The notes under the pieces were generated by a model. The model made no database searches. It saw only the letters and a list, made by a program, of their open reading frames with translations, and was not told the DNA's origin. A stretch of DNA of 64,000 nt from Candidatus Cloacimonadales bacterium. GTDB lineage: Bacteria > Cloacimonadota > Cloacimonadia > Cloacimonadales > JAFGVF01. Each line of letters starts with the position of its first letter. Position 1 is the first letter of the stretch. Positions 41,962 to 51,108 of this stretch are shown here, piece by piece. The DNA lies in contig CAXXOU010000004.1 of NCBI GenBank assembly GCA_963677495.2, positions 128,001 through 192,000 of the forward strand. Direction: 5' to 3'. Made by a program: the position numbers and the translations under genes.

Positions 41962-43508
41962 TACTCTTGATCTTCGAACTTAACACATTGATTTCTACCA
42001 TTCTGTTTTGCCTTATAAAGAGCAATATCTGCTTCTTTAATTACTTCATGAACTTCACGTAGTTCATTGTAAGTACTATATCCTACAGAGATTGTAATGT
42101 TAAAAGATATGTCATTGTATTCAAATTTAAAGTCTTTAACTGCTTGTCTAATCTTCTCAGCAGCAACTCTTGCTCCTTCCTCTCCCGTTTTATTGAGAAG
42201 AATAAGGAACTCTTCACCACCCCAGCGTGAGATGTTATCTATTTTACGGAAAGTAGCTCTTAGCAATGCTGCAAGTGTTTTTAATACATAGTCACCGGCA
42301 TCATGCCCATAAGTATCGTTAGTTTTCTTAAAGAAATCGATATCCAACAATAAGAATGAGAAGGGGTTCATTTCACGTTCAAAAAGATTCACTGCATCGA
42401 GCATTTTCTCTTCCATATCTCTACGATTGAAAACTTTAGTAAGTGGGTCGATTCGAGAAATTCTCTCGATTTGATCATATGCCTTAGTGAGTTCAAAATT
42501 CTTTGATTTAATAACTTCATGGGCCTTTAATAACTCATTGTTTGATCTTACTTTTCCTAAGTAGCTTCTGATAATCAGAACCATATTTACAACGACTATA
42601 ACAAGGAAAAGGATAAGTAAGAAGTTTCTTGAGCGTAGGGACTTTATTCTTCCTTCATTTACTCTCTCTGCAACATAGTGCTCAAGAAGTTCGTTCTCCT
42701 TCTTTGAAAGGGTAGACATCAAGCTGTTGACTTCGGTTTCTTTGGCTTTTATATTTCCTTCAGACTCTTTAAGCTTCTGCTCGAGTTCCTTTTCTTTCTT
42801 TTCATCCCGGACGATCTTAACCTTTGGCTTCTCTTTTTTAACGTACTTTGCTTTTTGAGTTGCCTCATCTAGTTTCTTCTTTTGAAGAAGTTCTGATAAA
42901 AGCTTGAGTTGCTTTTTATTTAAAATATCTTCTTTTCTAGGAGAATTATTACCCATCATCTCTTTTAGTTTGTCATCAACTTGAGTTGCTGTTTCCAGAT
43001 ATTTATAGGCCTTTTTATAGTCATCTACTTCATAATAAATAATAGCTAAAGCAAAAGCCGCATGCATCTCCCCGGTTTTATCATTAATCTGTTTACAAAG
43101 TTTGAGGGATCTTTCATACAGATCAGCAGCTTCATCCAAATGGAAGATATTATAATTATATTCTGCAATTTTATTGATTACCAATATCTTCCCTGATATG
43201 TCTTTAAGCTTACTATAGATAATTAATGCATCCTTGTATGACTTAAGAAGCTTATCTTCCATCTTCAATGTCTTGTATACTTGTCCAAGTACAAGATGAA
43301 ATTCTGCCTCGTATTCAGGTAAGTTGTTCTTCTTGCAATAAGTTACACCTGCTTCTGCGTATTGAACACTTATACCGGGATCTTCGTTCATTTCTGATTT
43401 AGCTTTTTGTAGCAGTTGGTCCAATAGTTCTGTGTGTTCGCTATCTGTTTCTGAGAACAACATAACCCCAATCAAAAGGATAAGAAATAGTAATGCAATC
43501 TTTTTCAT
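41961..43508 (-). CDS. Membrane diguanylate cyclase with periplasmic TPR and coiled-coil region
   Basis: Signal peptide, TPRs, TM, DPLT..NRR, DIDFFK..ND.YGH, RxxD I-site and GGEEF. Confidence 0.92.
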   Translation of the reverse strand: MKKIALLFLILLIGVMLFSETDSEHTELLDQLLQKAKSEMNEDPGISVQYAEAGVTYCKKNNLPEYEAEFHLVLGQVYKTLKMEDKLLKSYKDALIIYSKLKDISGKILVINKIAEYNYNIFHLDEAADLYERSLKLCKQINDKTGEMHAAFALAIIYYEVDDYKKAYKYLETATQVDDKLKEMMGNNSPRKEDILNKKQLKLLSELLQKKKLDEATQKAKYVKKEKPKVKIVRDEKKEKELEQKLKESEGNIKAKETEVNSLMSTLSKKENELLEHYVAERVNEGRIKSLRSRNFLLILFLVIVVVNMVLIIRSYLGKVRSNNELLKAHEVIKSKNFELTKAYDQIERISRIDPLTKVFNRRDMEEKMLDAVNLFEREMNPFSFLLLDIDFFKKTNDTYGHDAGDYVLKTLAALLRATFRKIDNISRWGGEEFLILLNKTGEEGARVAAEKIRQAVKDFKFEYNDISFNITISVGYSTYNELREVHEVIKEADIALYKAKQNGRNQCVKFEDQE

Positions 43509-43658
43509 GTTCCACCTTTGCTGAATTTGATACCTCATTCAAATAAAGTAAGCATTTTTACATACTGTCAAGGAAAATATTCCACAAGTAACTTAAACTT
43601 ATGGAAAAAAAGAAAAGCCATAGGTCAATCCTATGGCTTATCTAATCGAATTATTAAG

Positions 43659-44585
43659 TTATTTTGCGTTCAATATCAATGGCATCCCGGCTGCTTCCGG
43701 ATTTGTTGGAAGAATGACGAATGTTGTATTATCAGAATCAGCTAATTCTTTGTAAGATTCAATTGCTAAATATTGAACATACAATGGAGTAAGCTTTTTC
43801 TGGATGATCGCTTGAGCGTCAGCTATACCTTGTGCTTCTACACGTCTAATCTCAGCATCTTTTCTCATCTTGTCTAGCTCATATTCCTTTGCTGCTAGCT
43901 CCTGCTGCTGCATAAGTTTCTTTTCAATCGCACCTTTCACTGTTGGTGGAGGTGTCACGTTTCTCACAAGAACTTTGTCACCAATTACACCCTTATTATC
44001 TGTGATTGTTTGGAAAGATGAATAGATATCTTTAGTAAATTTCTCTCTTGCTTCGATAATCTCAGTAAAAGTTAGTTCTGCAGTCACGTCCCTAATAGCA
44101 GTTCTAATTGCAGGTCTCACAATTGAGTTCATAAATGTTAAATCATCTTTCGCAATTGATCTGTAGATGTCTGCAGCTTTAGTAGGATCTAAAGCATACC
44201 AGATTGAAACATCTATTTTAATTTCAAGGTTATCCCTAGTTAGTGCTGTTATTGAATCATCACCATGAATATTTCCTTCTCCACGTGTGCTAGACATTGT
44301 ATACTCTTTAAGACGAATAGTGAAATGAGAAACATCTGCAAAAGGATTCTTGAAGTTAATACCTTCCATTAGCACATGTTTTTGTACTTTACCAAAGACA
44401 ATCTGAACTCCAACTTCACCTGCATTGATTATCTTCAAACCTTGCATTACGAACATACCTGCAAACACAAGAATCAGTATAAAACCAACTCTCCTTATCT
44501 GCTTTGTTCTTTCCGGAACTGTTTTAGCAACACCTAAAACTATGAGCCCAACTATCATCATTATTATCGCAAATACTGCTGTCAT
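43659..44585 (-). CDS. SPFH/prohibitin family membrane protein
   Basis: AGEVGV..FGKV, VRPAIRTAIRD, AIEKK..Q, EAQGIADA. Confidence 0.9.
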   Translation of the reverse strand: MTAVFAIIMMIVGLIVLGVAKTVPERTKQIRRVGFILILVFAGMFVMQGLKIINAGEVGVQIVFGKVQKHVLMEGINFKNPFADVSHFTIRLKEYTMSSTRGEGNIHGDDSITALTRDNLEIKIDVSIWYALDPTKAADIYRSIAKDDLTFMNSIVRPAIRTAIRDVTAELTFTEIIEAREKFTKDIYSSFQTITDNKGVIGDKVLVRNVTPPPTVKGAIEKKLMQQQELAAKEYELDKMRKDAEIRRVEAQGIADAQAIIQKKLTPLYVQYLAIESYKELADSDNTTFVILPTNPEAAGMPLILNAK

Positions 44586-44735
44586 AACTCCTCCTAATAT
44601 TAATTTCATAAGAACTATATATGCACTACAGCCTGTCAAACTATTTTATCACGCAACACCAAAAAAGAGCCTGTCCTTAGCAAAAACAGGCTCATGACTA
44701 TCTAATATAGTCGTCACTATCCGTCTAATCGCAAT

Positions 44736-46709
44736 CTATTTAAGAAGAGTTGCTTTCCTAATTAATGTTTCCGTATTTGTTAGCATTCTAATAAGATATG
44801 TTCCAGAACTGTAGTTGCCGGCATCCCACTCTATTGAATGTCTTCCAGCTCCAATTTGGTTAAGTTGCTTTGTAAATATCTTTTCTCCTTTCAAATTGAA
44901 TATCTCAATGAGAACATCACTCTGTTCCACCAATTCAAACGAAATCTCTGTTACTGGATTAAATGGATTGGGGTAATTCGCTAATGTTGTTTGTCTTGGT
45001 AGAATCTCCGGTGCATCATATTCATCACTAAACTCTGTTTTAACATAGAATGGACCATAAAGTTTGTTTGTTCCACTAAGTTCAATACTCTCAAGCCAAT
45101 AAAAATAATGATCAGCCATCTGAAAGTCTTCGTCTATAAAAGTGTAACTGTTTCCTGTATTGCTCTGATACGCAATTATAGGAGCTAAGTTTCTCAATTC
45201 CATTGCTGTGCCACTTGAAAGACCATCACGATATATATTGTAGCCATAAATATCAGATTCTGTAGCTGTTTCCCAATACAACTCAATTTCTTTGTTGCTT
45301 ATAGGTAATCCATAGAAACTGCTGAGAGTTACAGGTAGCGTAAAGGAGGTTTCCTCTTTTATTCTGACTAATGTAACATTGCTGTATTGCACCTTTACAC
45401 TTGCACTTTGAGAACTAATTTCTTTCAAATCTAGGGTTATAACATCTGTCCCGGAATCAATAGTCACAATAGCGTTTCCACTTGCAGAACCGAAATCACC
45501 AGAATCTTTCTTCTGTAATGAGCGCTTGATCATTGTTTTTTCGACAATAGTATTACCGATACTTATTCCACAATCAACATCAATATCAGTTCCACTTTCA
45601 CCAGGATTAGGATATGTAATTCCAATATAATATGATACTAAATATTTCCCAGCACTATCACCGATTGGAGTCATTGTATCTGTAGATGAAGAAAACGACC
45701 AAAATGAACTGTTCCTTTCGTCATCTACTTGATTTGATTCAGAAACCCATGTTCCCGAAATAGATGTTGAGACCGTGTTGTTATTAGTTAACATGCTTGT
45801 ATAGGGTGCACTAGTGGAACCATTTAATGGAATTAGAACAAAGTTTGAAACATTGCTTGTAAAATTCTTATTACTACCATCTGCTTTAACTTTTATTGAG
45901 ACTTCATCTCCACTACTAACAGTTATTATTCCACAAGCTAGTGAATTTCCAAAATCTGAGTTTCCATTAACATGTCGCTGTGCAATAATTGACGGTGTAG
46001 CATCATTTATTGATATACCTGTGAAGAAATCATTCACACTTGAGGATGACATGTTTACATCGAGTAATGCGTAATATGTTCCTGCTGCTGCTGGTGAAAC
46101 AGTAAGTGTATTTGAAGCAAATGTCCATCCGCTAAGCTCACCGGATGTATAACTTGTCACATCAACCCAACTTGTGCCAATACTGCTCTGAGTAGTGCTT
46201 GTTGTGTTATAAATTTCTGCATAATATGGTGTTGAAGCTTCTGTAACTTCATATATCGCTACTTGTGCATAATGAGGTGTAAACGAGGTAACATTATCAT
46301 CTGATGTTACTTGCAACTTCAAGCTTTCCCCATTAGCTATATTTATTAAGCAACCACCTGAAATGTTTCCTACATCCGCGTTTAATTTCATCCGACGTTC
46401 ATTTACTGCATAACTTGTTGTGTTTACCAATATTCGTGTCTTCCATGTTCCCTCAGAACCATCCCAACTTAAAGAGTACTTTACATAGTATAAACCTCCA
46501 CCGTTGGTGTTAGTTAATGCATTGCTAGAATAGCTCCAAGCTGTTGATGTTGTACTGGTCCCCCAACCAGTAACATCATAATAAGTTCCAGAATTGAATA
46601 AGGGTGAACCTGTTTGTTCTGCTCCATCGTCAATATACATTGCAGCATATTCTGCCCAAATTATTACAGGTAATATACATAGAATTAGTATTATCACTTT
46701 TTTCATCAT
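44736..46709 (-). CDS. Secreted protein with three tandem C1q/BclA-like repeats and a T9SS/FlgD-like C-terminal domain
   Basis: Signal peptide; three ~145-aa repeats; TLPVTLSSF..W.TATES; NYPNPFNP...KATLLK. Confidence 0.8.
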   Translation of the reverse strand: MMKKVIILILCILPVIIWAEYAAMYIDDGAEQTGSPLFNSGTYYDVTGWGTSTTSTAWSYSSNALTNTNGGGLYYVKYSLSWDGSEGTWKTRILVNTTSYAVNERRMKLNADVGNISGGCLINIANGESLKLQVTSDDNVTSFTPHYAQVAIYEVTEASTPYYAEIYNTTSTTQSSIGTSWVDVTSYTSGELSGWTFASNTLTVSPAAAGTYYALLDVNMSSSSVNDFFTGISINDATPSIIAQRHVNGNSDFGNSLACGIITVSSGDEVSIKVKADGSNKNFTSNVSNFVLIPLNGSTSAPYTSMLTNNNTVSTSISGTWVSESNQVDDERNSSFWSFSSSTDTMTPIGDSAGKYLVSYYIGITYPNPGESGTDIDVDCGISIGNTIVEKTMIKRSLQKKDSGDFGSASGNAIVTIDSGTDVITLDLKEISSQSASVKVQYSNVTLVRIKEETSFTLPVTLSSFYGLPISNKEIELYWETATESDIYGYNIYRDGLSSGTAMELRNLAPIIAYQSNTGNSYTFIDEDFQMADHYFYWLESIELSGTNKLYGPFYVKTEFSDEYDAPEILPRQTTLANYPNPFNPVTEISFELVEQSDVLIEIFNLKGEKIFTKQLNQIGAGRHSIEWDAGNYSSGTYLIRMLTNTETLIRKATLLK

Positions 46710-47072
46710 ACCTCCATATACTTAGCAATCATAAAATAGCTAAGATTGAAGTTTTGGCAAGAACTATTTTAATATTTTAATTGACATTGTTCCAAAGTTC
46801 AAATGTTATCTATTGGAATCATTTCCAACGTAATTGGTAACATTACTAAAATTGTTATCTTACAACTTTATATAATTCTAATCAATGCAGTAAAACAAGT
46901 ACTAGTTTTGTAGATTAATGCTATCATACAGCATTATCACGGCATTCATGTTTCTTGAAAATGGTAAGTGTGGAACTCAAAAGTAGCATTTTTTCAAAAG
47001 AGCTTACTTAACAAATTGGAAAGGGACTATTGTCGAATCAATAGCCCCTAATATATTTTCTATATATTCAGA

Positions 47073-48134
47073 TTAGAACTCAATACCAAAACCCATTGAT
47101 GCAGAGCTGACTTTTGCTAGATTTAACTCAAGATTATATTTAAACACACCACTCTTAAAAGAAGAACCTAAAACCAATCTAGTGCTATTCTCTCCATCGA
47201 TACTAAATTTAATTTCATCTATGTCTGTAGTGTACTCATCAACTTCAGTTTCAATTTCGTAAGCTATCTCCATATTTGATTCATCCATCATCAATCCTGC
47301 ATATGGGGTAATATTCCATAATTTGAAACCAAATTGCTTAGAAGCAGTGATTCCGTAGGTTGTAGCAGTTGTAGAGGCAACATCACCGATTTCTAAAGCT
47401 TGTGTATAATATGAAAGAGCAATATTAAGTGGCATAGGTACATTAATCCAGACGAATGGATTGTGCTGTACTCCTACACCATAATATACAATTTCACCTA
47501 AATCTTCATATTCGAATGGTGGTAATCCTCTTAGAGTAACTTGTGTACCATACAATGTTCCGAGCTTTAATTGTGGAGTAGCCATAGGGAGATATTCCCA
47601 ATCAGCAAGTAAGGCTTTCACTTTGAGATCGAACTCTTTCCCTTCTAGATTCACAGTTTGCATTGTTCCATTAACATCAACTTCTACAGGACGTCCATCA
47701 AAGTTTATCATTATCGTATCATCTTTATTACCAATCACAGTTGGTCCATAAATCTGTACGTCAAATGTCTTATCTAAAACAGCCTCAATTGCATATTGTT
47801 CGATCGAAGGATCTAAATCACTGTTTTCAACTATCTCTGTAGCTTGATCCTCTGAAAAAGTAAAATCAGTGTTTACAGAGAACTCTTTCTTGCCGGTCAT
47901 ATCTGCTCCGGTAGCTACAAAGCTAAGTTCAGCATTAAGACCTAGAAGTTTAGCTTTGGGTGCATTGTTGAACCAGCCACTGTTTAAATTAGCACCAAAA
48001 GCTGAAGATAGTGGTTTCACATACTCTTTAGCTGCTTTTCCGGTTAGCTCCTCCAAAGACTCTTCCAGATCTCCTGCAAAGACAGGTAATATTAATAGTA
48101 GTATTCCAAAAAAAACAAGTATTCGTTTTATCAT
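47073..48134 (-). CDS. Putative outer-membrane protein (DUF6588-like)
   Basis: Signal peptide; YVKPL..AFG..LNSGWFN.A; PQL.LG; terminal GFGIEF. Confidence 0.7.
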   Translation of the reverse strand: MIKRILVFFGILLLILPVFAGDLEESLEELTGKAAKEYVKPLSSAFGANLNSGWFNNAPKAKLLGLNAELSFVATGADMTGKKEFSVNTDFTFSEDQATEIVENSDLDPSIEQYAIEAVLDKTFDVQIYGPTVIGNKDDTIMINFDGRPVEVDVNGTMQTVNLEGKEFDLKVKALLADWEYLPMATPQLKLGTLYGTQVTLRGLPPFEYEDLGEIVYYGVGVQHNPFVWINVPMPLNIALSYYTQALEIGDVASTTATTYGITASKQFGFKLWNITPYAGLMMDESNMEIAYEIETEVDEYTTDIDEIKFSIDGENSTRLVLGSSFKSGVFKYNLELNLAKVSSASMGFGIEF

Positions 48135-48518
48135 AAATCCTCCAATATAGTCTTTATAGATAGAATAGTTAAACCAACCTCTTGTCAAATAATATTTAGG
48201 TCGAATCAATATCTTCATGCTAATAATAGAGTTAATTGCCTATCAATCAATAATAACGCTCGAAGAGATGATTTTGTTACTAATTGATTACCAATAAGTT
48301 TAACTACAGAGTTCTTCAAACAGACTCACATTATAGCTCTATATATTGATTGACAACATACCCCTTGTAGAAAAAAGAGTGCTAACCTCTTTCCTAAGAA
48401 AAAATTAGTTAGAGTGAATCAAGAATAGGATTTCTCTTGACACAATGTTAAGAGTGAAAATCTTTAGACTTCTAAACAACAGTGCTTGAAAAAGATATTA
48501 ATAGAAAAGGAGTTCAAA

Positions 48519-48812
48519 ATGACAAAAGCTGATTTGGTTAAGATCATCTCCAATGAGACAGGAATTATCAGAAAGGATGTCGCAATCGTTGTAGACAGTT
48601 TCTTACAATCTGTAAAAGACAGCATGCGTGATGGCAATCACATCGAGATCCGTGGATTCGGAACTTTTAAACTTAGACATAGAAAACCAAGAATGGGTCG
48701 CAACCCTAAGACTAATGCAACTGTTAAAGTTCCTGAGAGAATGGTTCCTACATTCAAATTCTCACGTGACTTCAAAAACGAGATCACTAGTCTTGAATGC
48801 AAGGAGGACTAA
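48519..48812 (+). CDS. hup: HU/IHF-family DNA-binding protein
   Basis: MTKADLV, IEIRGFGTF, GRNPKT. Confidence 0.93.
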   Translation: MTKADLVKIISNETGIIRKDVAIVVDSFLQSVKDSMRDGNHIEIRGFGTFKLRHRKPRMGRNPKTNATVKVPERMVPTFKFSRDFKNEITSLECKED

Positions 48813-48901
48813 TGCCCTGCGGAAAGAAGAGAAAGCGTCATAAAATAGCTACTCACAAAAGAAAAAAAAGACTGCGTAAAAACAGACATAAAAAGAAATA
48901 A
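48812..48901 (+). CDS. 30S ribosomal protein bS22 (AURKAIP1/COX24-like), 29 aa
   Basis: MPCGKKRKRHKIATHKRKKRLRKNRHKKK; AGGAGG RBS; TAATG overlap with the HU stop; below the ORF-track cutoff. Confidence 0.88.
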   Translation: MPCGKKRKRHKIATHKRKKRLRKNRHKKK

Positions 48902-48907
48902 ACTTTT

Positions 48908-48933
48908 ACGGTTCCTTTTGGGACCGTTTTTTT
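48908..48933 (+). terminator. Terminator after HU-bS22
   Basis: acggttcc-tttt-gggaccgt followed by a T run. Confidence 0.8.
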
Positions 48934-48990
48934 ATTTACAATTAACTTTTATCAATCCCAATTGACTCACAAAAAGACGGTGAGGATATT

Positions 48991-49401
48991 ATGAGAATTT
49001 CTACTGAGTTTAATCATAAAATATATAAGCAAATCACAAAGCTATGGGTTTTAACCGGCATTGCTAATCCTGATAGAAAAGATAGTTTACAAACTATTAG
49101 TAAAACTATTGAGCTCGGAGGATTAATCTACTCACTTTGGGATATCGATTTATTGATAGGTACTATCTGGTTGTCAAATGATGGTAGAAGACTTCACGCT
49201 CATCATATGTGTATACATCCTGACTACCGGGGTAAGGGTTTAGCCAAGTTATTGCTTAATCCGGCTCTTAAGTATGCTAAGAAGCTGGGACTTCAACCTA
49301 AACTGGAAGTGCATGAAACGAACCCTGTTGCCAGAGAACTTTATAAAAAGAATGGCTTTATTGAGTTGCCGGGATACATTGTGATGGTTAAAAGAAACTA
49401 A
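48991..49401 (+). CDS. GNAT family acetyltransferase
   Basis: IHPDYRGKGLA, N..A..LYKKNGF. Confidence 0.9.
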   Translation: MRISTEFNHKIYKQITKLWVLTGIANPDRKDSLQTISKTIELGGLIYSLWDIDLLIGTIWLSNDGRRLHAHHMCIHPDYRGKGLAKLLLNPALKYAKKLGLQPKLEVHETNPVARELYKKNGFIELPGYIVMVKRN

Positions 49402-49681
49402 ACTCGTAAAGAAGTTATTCACTGTTAAATCATTTCATTGCTTTTACTGTCTCTTTGCCCTATCATAATAACTGCTAAAGATTGAATATTTGCTACCCAA
49501 AATCTTGCCGGTCTCTTATCAATTTCCCCTGGTATTGCACAAGAGACTCTCAGGATTTCCCCAAAAATCGATGCTTAATTATGAGAGTGCAATGAAAATA
49601 GTAAGAGGTTCATTAATTTGCACTTCGAGGAAATAGAAAAGCATTGAGCTGTCACTATGGCCAGTCATGACAGCTCAAACA

Positions 49682-50542
49682 CTATCTTGTGTGCATACCT
49701 GAGATTGCATCCCCGATACATTTCTTTAGATCATCCGTTAAACGCGTAGAAAGCAAGTTGGTTAAATCTTGTAATAAGTTCTTCAACTTAAGCTCTCCCA
49801 CAAGTTGGATTGCTTTACGTTTTATCTTATGCTCTCTGTCCGTGAGAAGAGGTTTCAAAATAGCTTCATAATCAGCACCCTTAACATTGTCCAGTATGGT
49901 TAAGGCTTTATACCTGTAAGCAATTGCTTTATGCTCGAAAAGAGCAAGGAAGTCATCTTTAACGTACTCATAATCGATCTGTGCTAAGGCAATAAGAGTG
50001 TTTTGATCTTTCCTGTCAGCATAACTACTTTTTAGAAACTCAATAGCTTTATCATCCATCTCTTTTTTAGCAAAGAACAGGGCTACTTCTATAGAAATCC
50101 AAGGATTGGGATAATCCATGAACTTATACACATATCGTTTAGAATCTACTCCCAATATTTTCATCAATGCTCTGATGGAATAGTATTTTATTGTATCGTT
50201 AGTCTCATCATCCAAGATGTTACGTGTGAGTTCAGGGACTGCATCTTCACTACCCAGTAAACCAATCTCATGAATGGCAGAAACTATCTTCTCCTCATCC
50301 TTCATTGTTTTCATCTGGTTAATGAGTTTTATCAGATAGTTATCATGCAACTCAGCTTCCTTTACAGGTGCCGTCTCTCCTGCGATATACTTCTCAATCT
50401 CTTCATGGCTGAATCGCCATGGTGCCCTTAATCCTGTGCCAAGTTTTACTGCAGGTATCACTCCCTGTCGTGCTTTCTTTCGTACTACTTCCGGATGAAG
50501 ATTTAGCATTTTGCTTGCTTCTTCCAGTGTTATGAACTTCAT
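49682..50542 (-). CDS. Excisionase-like HTH (HTH_17) fused to HEAT repeats
   Basis: ITLEEASKMLNLHPEVVRKKARQGVIPAVKLG..WRF followed by HEAT-like helical repeats (LLTDREHKIKRKAIQLVG). Confidence 0.8.
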   Translation of the reverse strand: MKFITLEEASKMLNLHPEVVRKKARQGVIPAVKLGTGLRAPWRFSHEEIEKYIAGETAPVKEAELHDNYLIKLINQMKTMKDEEKIVSAIHEIGLLGSEDAVPELTRNILDDETNDTIKYYSIRALMKILGVDSKRYVYKFMDYPNPWISIEVALFFAKKEMDDKAIEFLKSSYADRKDQNTLIALAQIDYEYVKDDFLALFEHKAIAYRYKALTILDNVKGADYEAILKPLLTDREHKIKRKAIQLVGELKLKNLLQDLTNLLSTRLTDDLKKCIGDAISGMHTR

Positions 50543-50692
50543 GTTTCACCTCCTAATCTTGATATAGTGGTAAAATAATATACAATGATATCAAGTCAAG
50601 AGAAAGTTGTAAAAAATAGCATAAGGTTGTATTGGCGAAAGTGTAGGGTTCCTTAATAATGGATTTGCATTCGCAAATCCGAGTACCAAAAA

Positions 50693-50981
50693 TGCCATGC
50701 TGAGCGAAGTGAGTTTTGCGAACGAAGTCGAAGTACCTCTCTGATAGCTTTAGTCTCTTAACTAAAGAAAAGCCATTTTCCGAAGGAAAACACTGAAAAG
50801 ATAAGTCAATGCTTTAAGCGTTTACCTACTAAAGTCATCCGAAAGACCCATTCGACTGCGTTCATTCCGCTTCACTTCATTCACTCCGCTCAGGGTGACA
50901 TAGCAATGAAACTTGCTATAGTAAGTTCGAGAGCCATACTTGTCATCTTGAGCGAAATGAGGTACGAATGAAGTCGAAAGA
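50693..50981. repeat. Cluster of TGTCA(T)CCTGAGCG..GTCGAA REP-like elements in alternating orientation
   Basis: Copies at 50693-50735 (+), 50851-50900 (-) and 50941-50981 (+). Confidence 0.8.
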
Positions 50982-51108
50982 CCTCTCCGTTAACTTTAGT
51001 TTCCAACCTAAAGAAGAACTGTTTCCTGATAAGAAAATAGTACATATCTCCGAAGACGCATTTCCCCGAACTCCCGTTGGTCGTAATGGTGACTGCTTTA
51101 GAAATTCA

